Assembly (NCBI GenBank): GCA_030040335.1
Contig: JASHTX010000036.1
Coordinates: 1 to 50,861 of the forward strand
Origin: Candidatus Micrarchaeota archaeon
Lineage (GTDB): Archaea; Micrarchaeota; Micrarchaeia; Micrarchaeales; CABMGC01
Direction of reading: 5' to 3'
DNA: 50,861 nt
Positions 38,140 through 46,415 of the stretch are shown one piece after another. Position 1 is the first letter of the stretch; every line of letters begins with the position of its first letter. Under the pieces are notes generated by a model, which had not been told where the DNA came from, searched no databases, and saw only the letters and a list, made by a program, of their open reading frames with translations. The position numbers were made by a program, and so were the translations under genes.

Positions 38140-39441
38140 TTATTTTGGCATAAACTTCGAGAACTGTTTCCTGACGTTTCGGTCGTTCTTCATCATGTTG
38201 TAGAACTTCTTCATCTTGTTGAAGTCGCTGATCAGCTCCCTCACTTCCTTCTCTGTTGCGCCGCTTCCTTTTGCTATCCTCCTTACCCTCTCAGAGTTAT
38301 TCAGAAGGCTGGCATCGTCCCTCTCCTTAACAGTCATCGAGTCGATTATAGACTTGTACTTCTTCATCTTCGCCTCGCTCTGTTCAAATGTCTCCTTCGG
38401 CACGTTTGCCACGCCGAGCTGCCCAAGCATGTTCTTCATGGAGCCCATCTTGTTCAGCGTTTTCAGCTGGTTGTAGAACGTGTTGAAGGTAAGCTCCTCC
38501 ATCGCCGCCTCCTCCGGCTTGATGTTTGCCTCTTTTATCGCCTGCTGGACGTTTGCCACCAGGGACTCGAGGTCTGGCATCCCGAGAAGTTTACCAACGA
38601 ACTTCTTCGAGTCGTAGAGCTCTATCATGTTGAGCTTCTCTCCTGTACCTATGAATTCGATACCCACGTTTGCCGCATTGACGGCGCTTAGCGCGCCTCC
38701 TCCCTTCCCGGAGCCGTCCAGTTTCGTGACTATGACACCAGTCAGCTTTACGGCGTTGTTGAACTCTGCCGCCTGCTTGCCTGCCACCTGCCCCGTATCG
38801 GCATTTATCACCAGTGTCTTCTCATCTGGTTTGAACTCCTCTGTGATCGCCTTGAGCTCGTCTATGAGCGCCTTGTCGAGCGCATTCCTGCCGCTGGTGT
38901 CGCAGATAAGGACCTTCTTGTCCTTCAGCGAGGCAAGAGCCTGCCTCACTATCTTCCTCACGTCCTTTTCGTCCTTTATGCCGAAGAATCCGACTCCTGC
39001 CTGCTTGGCTAGCGTCTCCAGCTGCTCATATGCCGCTGGTCTCGAAACGTCGCAGGCTATCAGCGCGCTGCTAAGGCCCCTGTCCTGGTAGAACTTGGCC
39101 AGTTTGGCCGTGGTGGTCGTTTTGCCCGACCCGTAAAGGCCGAGGAGCAGGACTCGTTTAGGCTTCATCACCGGCTCGAAGCCCGAGCCCATGAGCTTTA
39201 CCAACTGCTCGTAAAGCATGTTGGTTATGTAATCTTTGGCGCTGACTCCTGGAGGCAGCTTCTCCTTTAGAGCCGCATCCTCTAGCTTTTTGGTTAACGC
39301 CAACACCAATTCCACGTTGACGTCAGCTGATATGAGTGCGCGCTGCAGCTCCTTGTTGAACTCCCTGATCGTCTTTGCGTCTATGATGGTTGCTCCGGTA
39401 AGCCTTGCAATTGCCTTCCTGAGCCCTTCTCCCAGATCCAT
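38140..39441 (-). CDS. srp54: signal recognition particle protein SRP54
   Basis: G domain 'GLYGSGKTTTTAKLA', 'DTSGR' and 'TKLDG', plus a Met-rich M domain. Confidence 0.92.
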   Translation of the reverse strand: MDLGEGLRKAIARLTGATIIDAKTIREFNKELQRALISADVNVELVLALTKKLEDAALKEKLPPGVSAKDYITNMLYEQLVKLMGSGFEPVMKPKRVLLLGLYGSGKTTTTAKLAKFYQDRGLSSALIACDVSRPAAYEQLETLAKQAGVGFFGIKDEKDVRKIVRQALASLKDKKVLICDTSGRNALDKALIDELKAITEEFKPDEKTLVINADTGQVAGKQAAEFNNAVKLTGVIVTKLDGSGKGGGALSAVNAANVGIEFIGTGEKLNMIELYDSKKFVGKLLGMPDLESLVANVQQAIKEANIKPEEAAMEELTFNTFYNQLKTLNKMGSMKNMLGQLGVANVPKETFEQSEAKMKKYKSIIDSMTVKERDDASLLNNSERVRRIAKGSGATEKEVRELISDFNKMKKFYNMMKNDRNVRKQFSKFMPK

Positions 39442-39570
39442 AATAAGCCTGACATCAGCTATAGAAATTCAAGGATATTAAGCTATTCGTGGGTTTGCAA
39501 CCTGCAATGACAGGAGTTTGATTAGTTCCTGCGTTCAGCTGCTGGCCAGGGCGGATCCGGGAGCTCCCTC

Positions 39571-41109
39571 TCAATCGCACCCAACTGGCAGTATATGTTC
39601 GTCTGTCAAGGTGCCTGAAACGCATCCGACTGCATTATAGTTGCACGCTGGATTGGCTCCTACGCACTCCCAAGCCGGCGACTTCAATAGCCCTTGGGCG
39701 CAGAGGATGCAGCTGACTGTCTTTTGGGAAGAAACCGTAGACGTTGATGTTGTTGATGTGGAAGTGGATGTGGTGGTAGTTGTAGTACGAGAAGGGGTTG
39801 CAGTAACGGCCGCAAGCGCATTAACCACTCCATAGCCTATCACATTGTTTGGACAGGTGCCATACTTGTTTTTCAAGCAGTTGGCGCTGCTGAAGATTAT
39901 GGATTTTATCTGATTGGCGGTCAGAGATGGGTTCTTCTGAAGCATGAGCGCTATTGTTGCCGCCACCATGGGTGCCGAAACAGATGTTCCTGTAGAGTAA
40001 TCATAACCTGTGGAGCTCCATTGCAACGCGGTGGGATAGTTAGGGTAAGTGGTGTATATATTTACTCCAGGCGCCACCAGTCCGTGGACTTCAAGTGCAG
40101 TGCCGTTGCTGCTCCAAGACTGCGCATCGTTAAGGCTGTTGACCGCCCCGACTGCGATTGCATTTGATGTACACGCAGGCCAGGCGACAGGCCCTGCGGA
40201 GTCGCCCGATGCGACCACGGTCACGACGTTATTTGCATAGGCCCAATTGATGTCTTGGACGAGGATATCGTTGCTGCTGTCGCAGTTAGAACCTGTGTAG
40301 TTAAGGGTGCCCCCTATACTGAGACTTATCACGTTGGCGATATGGTTGTCAACCACGTACTCTATCCCTGCCGCGATGTCGCTTTCGTCGCAAACTATAT
40401 CGTTGGATTCGCTATCACCGTTTAGTGTGCCGCAAACCTTGCCCATCCAGACCTGAACTCCAGGAGCCACTCCTTTAGAGAAGGAGCCATTATAGGCGTT
40501 TGCGGAGATCGAATTTGAGATTTTCAGTCCGGCACTTGCGATTACGCCTGAGATAAGCGTCCCGTGGTCGACATCGTCAAGAAAACCGTTCCCGCAATCG
40601 TTAATATCACCTGTAAAACAGTAACCGTTGGTGGGGGCCACATTGCCTGTCACTGCGGCTAGCTGCGGGCTGTTGTAATCTATGCCTGTATCCAATACAG
40701 CAACAGTGACACCGTTTCCGGTATAGTGAGTCCAGACTGTATTCGCCCCTATCTGTTCATCAGACCCTAGGTCTTCGAGCTGGAGAGGCTTGTCTGGAAC
40801 CGAGTTTGGTATGTTAACACCCGAAGGGCAGATGAGTGACGTCGCAGTTCTAAGGTCATGAGTTATTGCACATCCGTCTACTTGATACTGGTCCCTGGCT
40901 GAAGTGGATGTGTTGTAAACTATAAGCCTCTGAGAACCTGGCTGAGTCGTCAGGCTTGCAACGCTTGGACTTGGCGCTGAGTAAACAGGAATCGACGTGA
41001 CGCCCTGCGTTGACGCCTGCAGCATAGACGCAAATGACAGCAGCGTCAATGCCGATACAAGGAAGAGCAAATACTTTGACTGCAAACCCACCACCATGCG
41101 ACACACCAT
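39571..41109 (-). CDS. secreted subtilisin-like (S8) serine protease with Thr-rich linker and 6-Cys C-terminal tail
   Basis: Signal peptide, then catalytic 'VAVLDTGID' (Asp), 'HGTLISGVIAS' (His) and 'GTSVSAPMVAA' (Ser). The C-terminus is 'TTTTTTSTSTSTTSTSTVSS' followed by a 46-aa tail with 6 Cys. Confidence 0.85.
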   Translation of the reverse strand: MVCRMVVGLQSKYLLFLVSALTLLSFASMLQASTQGVTSIPVYSAPSPSVASLTTQPGSQRLIVYNTSTSARDQYQVDGCAITHDLRTATSLICPSGVNIPNSVPDKPLQLEDLGSDEQIGANTVWTHYTGNGVTVAVLDTGIDYNSPQLAAVTGNVAPTNGYCFTGDINDCGNGFLDDVDHGTLISGVIASAGLKISNSISANAYNGSFSKGVAPGVQVWMGKVCGTLNGDSESNDIVCDESDIAAGIEYVVDNHIANVISLSIGGTLNYTGSNCDSSNDILVQDINWAYANNVVTVVASGDSAGPVAWPACTSNAIAVGAVNSLNDAQSWSSNGTALEVHGLVAPGVNIYTTYPNYPTALQWSSTGYDYSTGTSVSAPMVAATIALMLQKNPSLTANQIKSIIFSSANCLKNKYGTCPNNVIGYGVVNALAAVTATPSRTTTTTTSTSTSTTSTSTVSSQKTVSCILCAQGLLKSPAWECVGANPACNYNAVGCVSGTLTDEHILPVGCD

Positions 41110-41220
41110 AGAAGTATTTTCGTTTCTAACTATTTATATGTATGTTTTAAATGTGACGTTTACTGCATGGACTTCCACTATTCTTCTCAGGATCAGAATT
41201 TGGGCGCGTCCAATTCTGCA

Positions 41221-41233
41221 ATAATAATAAAAG
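41221..41233 (+). promoter_or_regulatory. AT-rich TATA-like element upstream of tRNA-Ile
   Basis: 'ataataataaaag' ends about 25 nt before the tRNA 5' end at 41258. Confidence 0.3.
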
Positions 41234-41257
41234 CCTTGATAGGCATATAGTCGCATT

Positions 41258-41351
41258 GGGCTCGTAGCTCAGCCTGGTTAGAGCGGCGGTCTTATAGCTT
41301 CTTACATTGTAGGAAAGCCGTAGGTCCTGAGTTCAAATCTCAGCGGGCCCA
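41258..41351 (+). tRNA. tRNA-Ile (anticodon UAU) with a 19-nt intron (41297..41315) at the canonical 37/38 position
   Basis: Hand fold. Acceptor GGGCTCG/CGGGCCC, D arm GCTC-AGCCTGGTTA-GAGC, anticodon stem GCGGT/GCCGT, T arm CTGAG-TTCAAAT-CTCAG, discriminator A. Between the anticodon stem halves lie 26 nt, 'CTTATA|GCTTCTTACATTGTAGGAA|A'. CTTA pairs with TAGG as a 4-bp helix flanked by 3-nt bulges (TAG and AAA), which is BHB-like. The spliced loop is CUUAUAA. Confidence 0.75.
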
Positions 41352-41394
41352 TTCTGCTATTTCTATACGCTCTTAAGCAGAACGCAGTATGACT

Positions 41395-44300
41395 TTAGAC
41401 CGGGCATATGCAGGTCGTACCTGCCCTAGCGCCGCACACGCCTGATGGGCATAGGCAGGAGTCCTGGCCAGTACATTTTACTATAGTGCTAGTTGTCGAC
41501 TTTGTAGAGGTTGATGTAGAGGTGGTTGACTTCGTTGTCGAGGTCGTAGGTTTTGTAGAGGTAGAAGAGGTCGTCGACTTTGTGGAGGTTGTAGAGCTGG
41601 ATGTTGTCGATTTTGTCGAGGTGGAGGTAGAGGTTGTTGACTTCGTTGTTGAAGTTGTAGGTTTTGTGGAGGTGGAGGTTGTAGAGGTGGTTGAAGTCGT
41701 TGACTTTGTTGATGTGGCAGAGCTCGTAGTGGAGGTTGTGGAAGTTGATGAGGTTGTAGACGTTGAAGAAGTGGTGGATGTGGTTGAAGATGTAGTTGTG
41801 GTTGTTACAGGCTGTGGCACTATAGATGTGTACCATGCCTCCATCTTGGCATATTTCTGGTACGCGTATAATCCATCTACGGTTTGGTTGACTTCAAGGT
41901 ACATGGGGCTTCCTGAGCTTCCGTTGACGTAGAGCACGGTAGTACCGGGCATGACCGAAGTCACGTTAGTAAGCGTGTTGCCATAGTATGCGCCGACTAC
42001 AGCGGAAACTACTCCTGCATCGTTAGTCGGGCTCACGTTAAGAAGTTCGACTGTCCACGGGCCTGATGTTATGTTCTTGCCTATATATGTAGAGGACACG
42101 GGTGCGAACCAAGGCGATATTCTTGCATATCTCTCATATACGTACAATCCTGCGAATGTCTGTATTACTGGGAGGTAAAGGAAGTTCCCGTCTATGTCAT
42201 AGGTTGCACTCTCGCCTGGTGCCAGGGATGTTGTGTTGGTTAGCACGTTGTTGTAGTAGATGTTGATTAGCGCGGATGATATGCCATTGTCATTGGCCAA
42301 GCTGAGGTTCTGCAGCTGCACGGTCCAAGGGCCTGATGTGATGTTGCGTCCGGCCATCAGTGTTATTGTAGATGTTCCTGTGTTGAATTGCATCTGTGCC
42401 CATTTCTCGTAAGGATAAAGGCCGTTGAAAGTGTTGTTCATGTGGAGGTTAAGCACGTATCCGTCGACTTTGTAGTTGGCGTTCTGACCAGGATATAGAG
42501 CTGAGGAATTCGTAAGCACTCCGCCGAGATAGATGTTGATGTCAGCGGGGCTCACACCAGAGGCGTTTGCTGAGCCCAGGTCCACTAGTTGCACGGTGAA
42601 CTCCTGGCACGTTACGTTATTTCCTAGGTAGAGTGTGATCGTGGCGCCGCAACTGGGTTCGAATCTTGCGATCTCTGTTATGTTACCCTGTATGTTCACT
42701 GTTGTAGTGGGATTGCTTGAGTTGGAGCTCCCGGGTCCGCTTCCAGACCAGCCTACAAAGGCATAGTCAGGGTATGGATTGGCGCTTATGGTGACGTTTG
42801 TGAACGGCTGATACCCGTTGATCCCTTCGCTCGGGCTTGCTGTCACGTAACCCGCCTCTTGAGGTGATGCGATTAAGTTGAGCGTGTATGTTACCGGAGA
42901 AGGCCCAACGACCTTACCATTGGCACCCAGCCAGACTAGTTGGTCTACGAGCACGCCATTGCTAACCTGGGCTGTTATATTGGCTATGGTCAGGTTTGGT
43001 ATGTTGGTTGCCTGGCCTATCCCATAGGGTCCGAAGCTCCTGCCATTTTCTCCCAGGAACACGCCGAGTGCCTCTGGAGGGTTGACGGTCACGTTACCAG
43101 TGACGTTGGCTATTGTGACATTCGGTATAAAAGTGGCCTGACCCACGGCATACGGGCCGTATATTGTGTAGTTTGAGTGCGCGACCTGGTTTACGGGTCC
43201 TACGACGAACTGCAGAGTATCAACAGTCTCAGCCATGTCGAAGACAAGTTGTCTGGGCGATACCACAGCTACCTTGCTGCCACGCTCGGATATGAAGCCG
43301 GTCCTGGCGTTTACGCTGTTGCCCTGGCTCGAAACATATGTCACGTTGTTGGCAACGTTGCTCTGAGAGTAGTTCAGTACGAACAGAGGCAGCGCGCTCC
43401 AGCCAGCAGTGGAATTGTCGATGTTGAATATGAACCTGTCTGTGCTGCTTGTTATGCCCGGGGTGTTGTACTCGCTCAATTGATAAGCTGTCAGAGCGTA
43501 AGGAGGAGTAGGCCCGGAACCTGGCCCTGAGACAGAGTTAGTGAAGTTGAACGTTGATGGCGTCTGGCCATTCTGCTGGTTGTATGTGAGGGCTGTCGCA
43601 GAAGAGAGTCTAAGGTACGCGAGACCCGTCTGCGGGTATGCGACGACCAGAGGCAGAGACTGCAGTGTTGCAAGCTTTGTCCCTGATTGGTTTGTTACAG
43701 TCACATTAATGTCGATCAGCGCCCTGTTCAGCTTTATTGCCGTTATGTTGTAGAAGTCGGGCGTGTTTGCATACCAGGACTGTCCGCTGCTTGTGAAGAC
43801 GTAGCTAGCGCTCACAGTAGAGACCGCGTTGCTTGAAGGGTAGCCGGTTACCGTGACGACCAGAGGGTTGGTCTGGCTCACTTCACTGGAGCATGGAGAC
43901 TGAGGAAGGCAGGCGTGCATTACCACATTGGCAGGATTGCCGGCGAGCGTGGAATGTGCAAACTCGGAAAGCCCATAGCCTGTCAGGAGATATGTGGTTG
44001 AGTTGCTAGAGTATCCAGCATAGCTGAAAGCATCAGGTATCTGGCTTGTTAGTATGAGTTCCTGCGCAGGTTCGGTTATGTTGTTTATATTACCTACGCC
44101 TCCGCCCACCTTTCCCGGCGAATTGGAGTATGAAACTGCACTGGTGTAAGAGGTCTGCGCAGTTACGGAATCGTAGTTGTTTCCAAGGGTGTCCCCGAGG
44201 AAGGTCGCTTTCCACTGCTCTGGATTCTGTATGAATGTGAAGCTCTGGCCTGGTGTCAGCATCGTCGGAGTGGTGTTATAGATGATTATGCTCTGCAGCG

Positions 44301-45378
44301 CATTGTAGTGGCCGTTGCCGCTTGTGTTCACCCATAGCAGGTTGACATTCCATCCGGAATCCCCTGTTAGGTTGAAGGCGGTGCCATCGGTCAGAACGGA
44401 AGGGTTGTCAAAGACCTGTATTTTTGCCCATTTCTCGTATACATAAGATCCTGCGAAGGTTGAGTTCACGTTCACCAGCAGCATTCCACTAGACGTGTCG
44501 AATTCCACGGTGTTTCCTGGAAAGACAGATGTAGTGTTTGTAAGCACGCCGTTATAGTATAAGTTGATTGCGGCGGGACTCACCCCGTTGCTTGTTGCAG
44601 TGCCGAGATCCGCAACCTGTACTGTGAAGGGACCGGTAGTCAGGTTATGACCTACATATACGACGACTTGAGGGGCAAGAGGGTCTGCGATTTCAAGAGC
44701 TCCGCCGTGTACAGCCAGTGTCGAAGAGGAGGCTGTTCCTGTAGGGAGCGTATAACCGATTATGCTGACGTTCTTACCGAGAAGCTCCATGTTGCCCATG
44801 TTGGTATAAGGAGGAAATATTGATTGGCCAACCCCGGAGTAGCCGATATATGGCTCTTGGATTGGGCTTGTGAAAGTTGCCTGATAAGCGCCGCCAGCGT
44901 CTAGCAGGGCAAAGTTCTGTACGCTTGGCACTGTCTGTTGGTCGTAGACAGGAAAGCCGGTAAGCCAGAGTGTTTCGCTCTCTCCATCAGAGCCGTAGTT
45001 GGTAAGCAGGCCGGAAAGTTGAGAACCCGTTACCTGCATTATGTTATCATAATTCCCTGTGGTGAAGCTGCTGAATGACATTCCACCACCATTTGTAGCG
45101 GCATTGACTCCTGTTGTTATCGGGACTGTGGCGAGTGAGCTGTAGGGCGAGGCGGGAGGGTTGCTTGCGGTTGTGAAACCTTCCTGGAAGGCGTACTGTG
45201 CGCTGTTTGAGAGCGCTTTTGTCTGAGAAACCGCGCCAAGAGGAACGCCGTTGTTTAGCACCGACCCTATGAGTCCGGTGAAGCCATATGAACCGCCAGC
45301 TGCAGAAGCTGGCAAGCTGATGGCAAGCAACATCGCAGTAAAAAGCACCACGTACAGTCGATTGTTCGTTCTGACCAC
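41395..45378 (-). CDS. very large secreted repeat protein (1327 aa), putative surface glycoprotein / S-layer or adhesin candidate
   Basis: Signal peptide 'LLAISLPASAAGG' and more than 30 NxS/T sequons by eye. It has four ~85-aa repeats, one 'xYxFxGWSG'-type B-repeat-like unit, a 108-aa Thr/Ser/Lys stalk and the 6-Cys tail 'CTGQDSCLCPSGVCGARAGTTCICPV'. The start is GTG. Confidence 0.75.
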   Translation of the reverse strand: MVRTNNRLYVVLFTAMLLAISLPASAAGGSYGFTGLIGSVLNNGVPLGAVSQTKALSNSAQYAFQEGFTTASNPPASPYSSLATVPITTGVNAATNGGGMSFSSFTTGNYDNIMQVTGSQLSGLLTNYGSDGESETLWLTGFPVYDQQTVPSVQNFALLDAGGAYQATFTSPIQEPYIGYSGVGQSIFPPYTNMGNMELLGKNVSIIGYTLPTGTASSSTLAVHGGALEIADPLAPQVVVYVGHNLTTGPFTVQVADLGTATSNGVSPAAINLYYNGVLTNTTSVFPGNTVEFDTSSGMLLVNVNSTFAGSYVYEKWAKIQVFDNPSVLTDGTAFNLTGDSGWNVNLLWVNTSGNGHYNALQSIIIYNTTPTMLTPGQSFTFIQNPEQWKATFLGDTLGNNYDSVTAQTSYTSAVSYSNSPGKVGGGVGNINNITEPAQELILTSQIPDAFSYAGYSSNSTTYLLTGYGLSEFAHSTLAGNPANVVMHACLPQSPCSSEVSQTNPLVVTVTGYPSSNAVSTVSASYVFTSSGQSWYANTPDFYNITAIKLNRALIDINVTVTNQSGTKLATLQSLPLVVAYPQTGLAYLRLSSATALTYNQQNGQTPSTFNFTNSVSGPGSGPTPPYALTAYQLSEYNTPGITSSTDRFIFNIDNSTAGWSALPLFVLNYSQSNVANNVTYVSSQGNSVNARTGFISERGSKVAVVSPRQLVFDMAETVDTLQFVVGPVNQVAHSNYTIYGPYAVGQATFIPNVTIANVTGNVTVNPPEALGVFLGENGRSFGPYGIGQATNIPNLTIANITAQVSNGVLVDQLVWLGANGKVVGPSPVTYTLNLIASPQEAGYVTASPSEGINGYQPFTNVTISANPYPDYAFVGWSGSGPGSSNSSNPTTTVNIQGNITEIARFEPSCGATITLYLGNNVTCQEFTVQLVDLGSANASGVSPADINIYLGGVLTNSSALYPGQNANYKVDGYVLNLHMNNTFNGLYPYEKWAQMQFNTGTSTITLMAGRNITSGPWTVQLQNLSLANDNGISSALINIYYNNVLTNTTSLAPGESATYDIDGNFLYLPVIQTFAGLYVYERYARISPWFAPVSSTYIGKNITSGPWTVELLNVSPTNDAGVVSAVVGAYYGNTLTNVTSVMPGTTVLYVNGSSGSPMYLEVNQTVDGLYAYQKYAKMEAWYTSIVPQPVTTTTTSSTTSTTSSTSTTSSTSTTSTTSSATSTKSTTSTTSTTSTSTKPTTSTTKSTTSTSTSTKSTTSSSTTSTKSTTSSTSTKPTTSTTKSTTSTSTSTKSTTSTIVKCTGQDSCLCPSGVCGARAGTTCICPV
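41485..41808 (-). repeat. imperfect tandem repeats encoding the Thr/Ser/Lys-rich stalk
   Basis: 'TSTKPTTSTTKSTTSTSTSTKSTTS' occurs twice, 37 aa (111 nt) apart, at aa 1236-1260 and 1273-1297. The DNA copies at 41599..41673 and 41488..41562 are clearly related but imperfect. Confidence 0.85.
41830..42642 (-). repeat. three tandem copies of a ~85-90-aa protein module (fourth copy at 44410..44667)
   Basis: The aligned blocks are 'GNNVTCQEFTVQLVDLGSANASGVSPADINIYLGGVLTNSS..PG', 'GRNITSGPWTVQLQNLSLANDNGISSALINIYYNNVLTNTTS..PG' and 'GKNITSGPWTVELLNVSPTNDAGVVSAVVGAYYGNTLTNVTS..PG'. Each ends in 'TF.GLY.YE(K/R)(W/Y)A'. Confidence 0.75.
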
Positions 45379-45407
45379 TTAAGCACGGTCTATTCTCCGC
45401 ACGCCTC

Positions 45408-45420
45408 TTTATATTTATTT
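45408..45420 (-). promoter_or_regulatory. TATA-like element (AAATAAATATAAA on the minus strand) upstream of the 1327-aa gene
   Basis: It lies about 30 nt upstream of the GTG start at 45378. Confidence 0.35.
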
Positions 45421-45472
45421 GCTTATGTTTTGGTTTCCACCATCTATCAGGCTGATGGCGATAAGCACAGAC

Positions 45473-46042
45473 CTATGCCCTGCGGCCAAGAAGCTCTTCT
45501 GGCGCGCTCCACTGAGCGAAAGGTTGCTCAGTTTCTAAGCGCCTCGCGAGTTTGAGAGAGATGATTACCTTCATCTCCTCGTATCGCTCACCCTCTGCGT
45601 AGCGGCAGGAGATAAAAGACGCAGTTATCAGTTTAGACATCACAGTACCCGCCATGAAATCGTATATTCGTCCGGCCTCCAGGACAGAATCTTCAGGAGT
45701 ATAGTCCATTTTAAGAAAGCCTTCTCGCTCGCCCATGGCCCAGGCCATGATCTTGACTTTCTCTACTCCTGGATTTTTTTGGACAGCATCGAGGAAACCT
45801 TGCAGTTCGTTCAAGGCATAAAGGTTTTGCAAGGAATTCCCTGAGCCCATGCTATGATGGATTCTTAGCTGCCAGGGTGCGCCGGCTGGCAGCCCTGCTA
45901 GAGGCTCTACGAACCTCATGTGCAAGATCGCGGGCCGATCGGTTCGGCTCAAGAGCGCCAAGCTGGCCTGGGTTGAATCTAGCTTCACGAGTGGCTTGCC
46001 GAAGCCAATTTTGGTATTGTCAATCCATACTTCGCGGCCCAT
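45473..46042 (-). CDS. hypothetical protein (189 aa)
   Basis: Intact ORF, divergent from rnp4, with no recognised motif. Confidence 0.5.
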   Translation of the reverse strand: MGREVWIDNTKIGFGKPLVKLDSTQASLALLSRTDRPAILHMRFVEPLAGLPAGAPWQLRIHHSMGSGNSLQNLYALNELQGFLDAVQKNPGVEKVKIMAWAMGEREGFLKMDYTPEDSVLEAGRIYDFMAGTVMSKLITASFISCRYAEGERYEEMKVIISLKLARRLETEQPFAQWSAPEELLGRRA

Positions 46043-46064
46043 GCTCGTAATGACTTGCGGGGGC

Positions 46065-46072
46065 TATAAATA
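46065..46072 (+). promoter_or_regulatory. TATA box (TATAAATA) upstream of rnp4
   Basis: It ends 25 nt before the ATG at 46097. Confidence 0.4.
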
Positions 46073-46096
46073 GATTGACTTGAAATTCGTTACTGT

Positions 46097-46411
46097 ATGA
46101 AAAATACGTCGTTGGTCGGGAAAATTGCATCTCAGAGGATCGTGGTTCTGCTCAGCCTGGCCGAGATGAGAACCCTGCAGAAGAACACTGAGTCGACACG
46201 GCTGGCCAGGCGTTACGTCTCGCTGGCGCGCAAGATAAGCTCGCGATACAAGGTGGGGATACCCAAGGAACTGAAGTACAGGATATGCAGGGATTGCGGA
46301 AACTTCCTGGTACCAGGAGTCAACTGCAGGGTAAGGCTTGCCAGCTCGCACGGCTATCTGGCGTATTTGTGCGAGTGCGGCGCCGAGAGGCACGTCATTT
46401 ACAAGGATTAG
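46097..46411 (+). CDS. rnp4: RNase P protein component 4 (Rpp21/Rpr2)
   Basis: 'ARRYVSLARKISSRYKVGIPKELKYRICRDCGNFLVPGVNCRVRL...CECG' helical N-terminus plus zinc ribbon. Confidence 0.8.
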   Translation: MKNTSLVGKIASQRIVVLLSLAEMRTLQKNTESTRLARRYVSLARKISSRYKVGIPKELKYRICRDCGNFLVPGVNCRVRLASSHGYLAYLCECGAERHVIYKD

Positions 46412-46415
46412 CTGG

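Noticed and set aside
39552-39568. Adjacent GC-rich palindromes CGGATCCG and GGGAGCTCCC immediately downstream of the S8 protease stop codon.
   Set aside because: They may contribute to a 3'-end hairpin. The stems are too short, and the loop too tight, to call a terminator. Archaeal termination usually relies on oligo-T tracts.
41194-41218. Inverted repeat CAGAATT-N11-AATTCTG between the divergent S8 protease gene and tRNA-Ile.
   Set aside because: It is short (7 bp) and a single occurrence in an AT-rich promoter region. It could be a binding site or a hairpin, but nothing distinguishes it from chance.
39712-41808. Considered whether the repetitive stretches at 39712..39792 and 41485..41808 could be a CRISPR array or minisatellite.
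   Set aside because: They are in-frame coding low-complexity (Thr/Ser codons) with no repeat-spacer periodicity. No cas genes are present in the window.
41408-41932. ORFs 41408..41932 (+) and 41489..41836 (-), which encode poly-(V/E/D/F) and N/H/Y/L-rich peptides.
   Set aside because: They are alternative-frame readings of the Thr/Ser-stalk repeat DNA of the 1327-aa gene. They are compositional artefacts.
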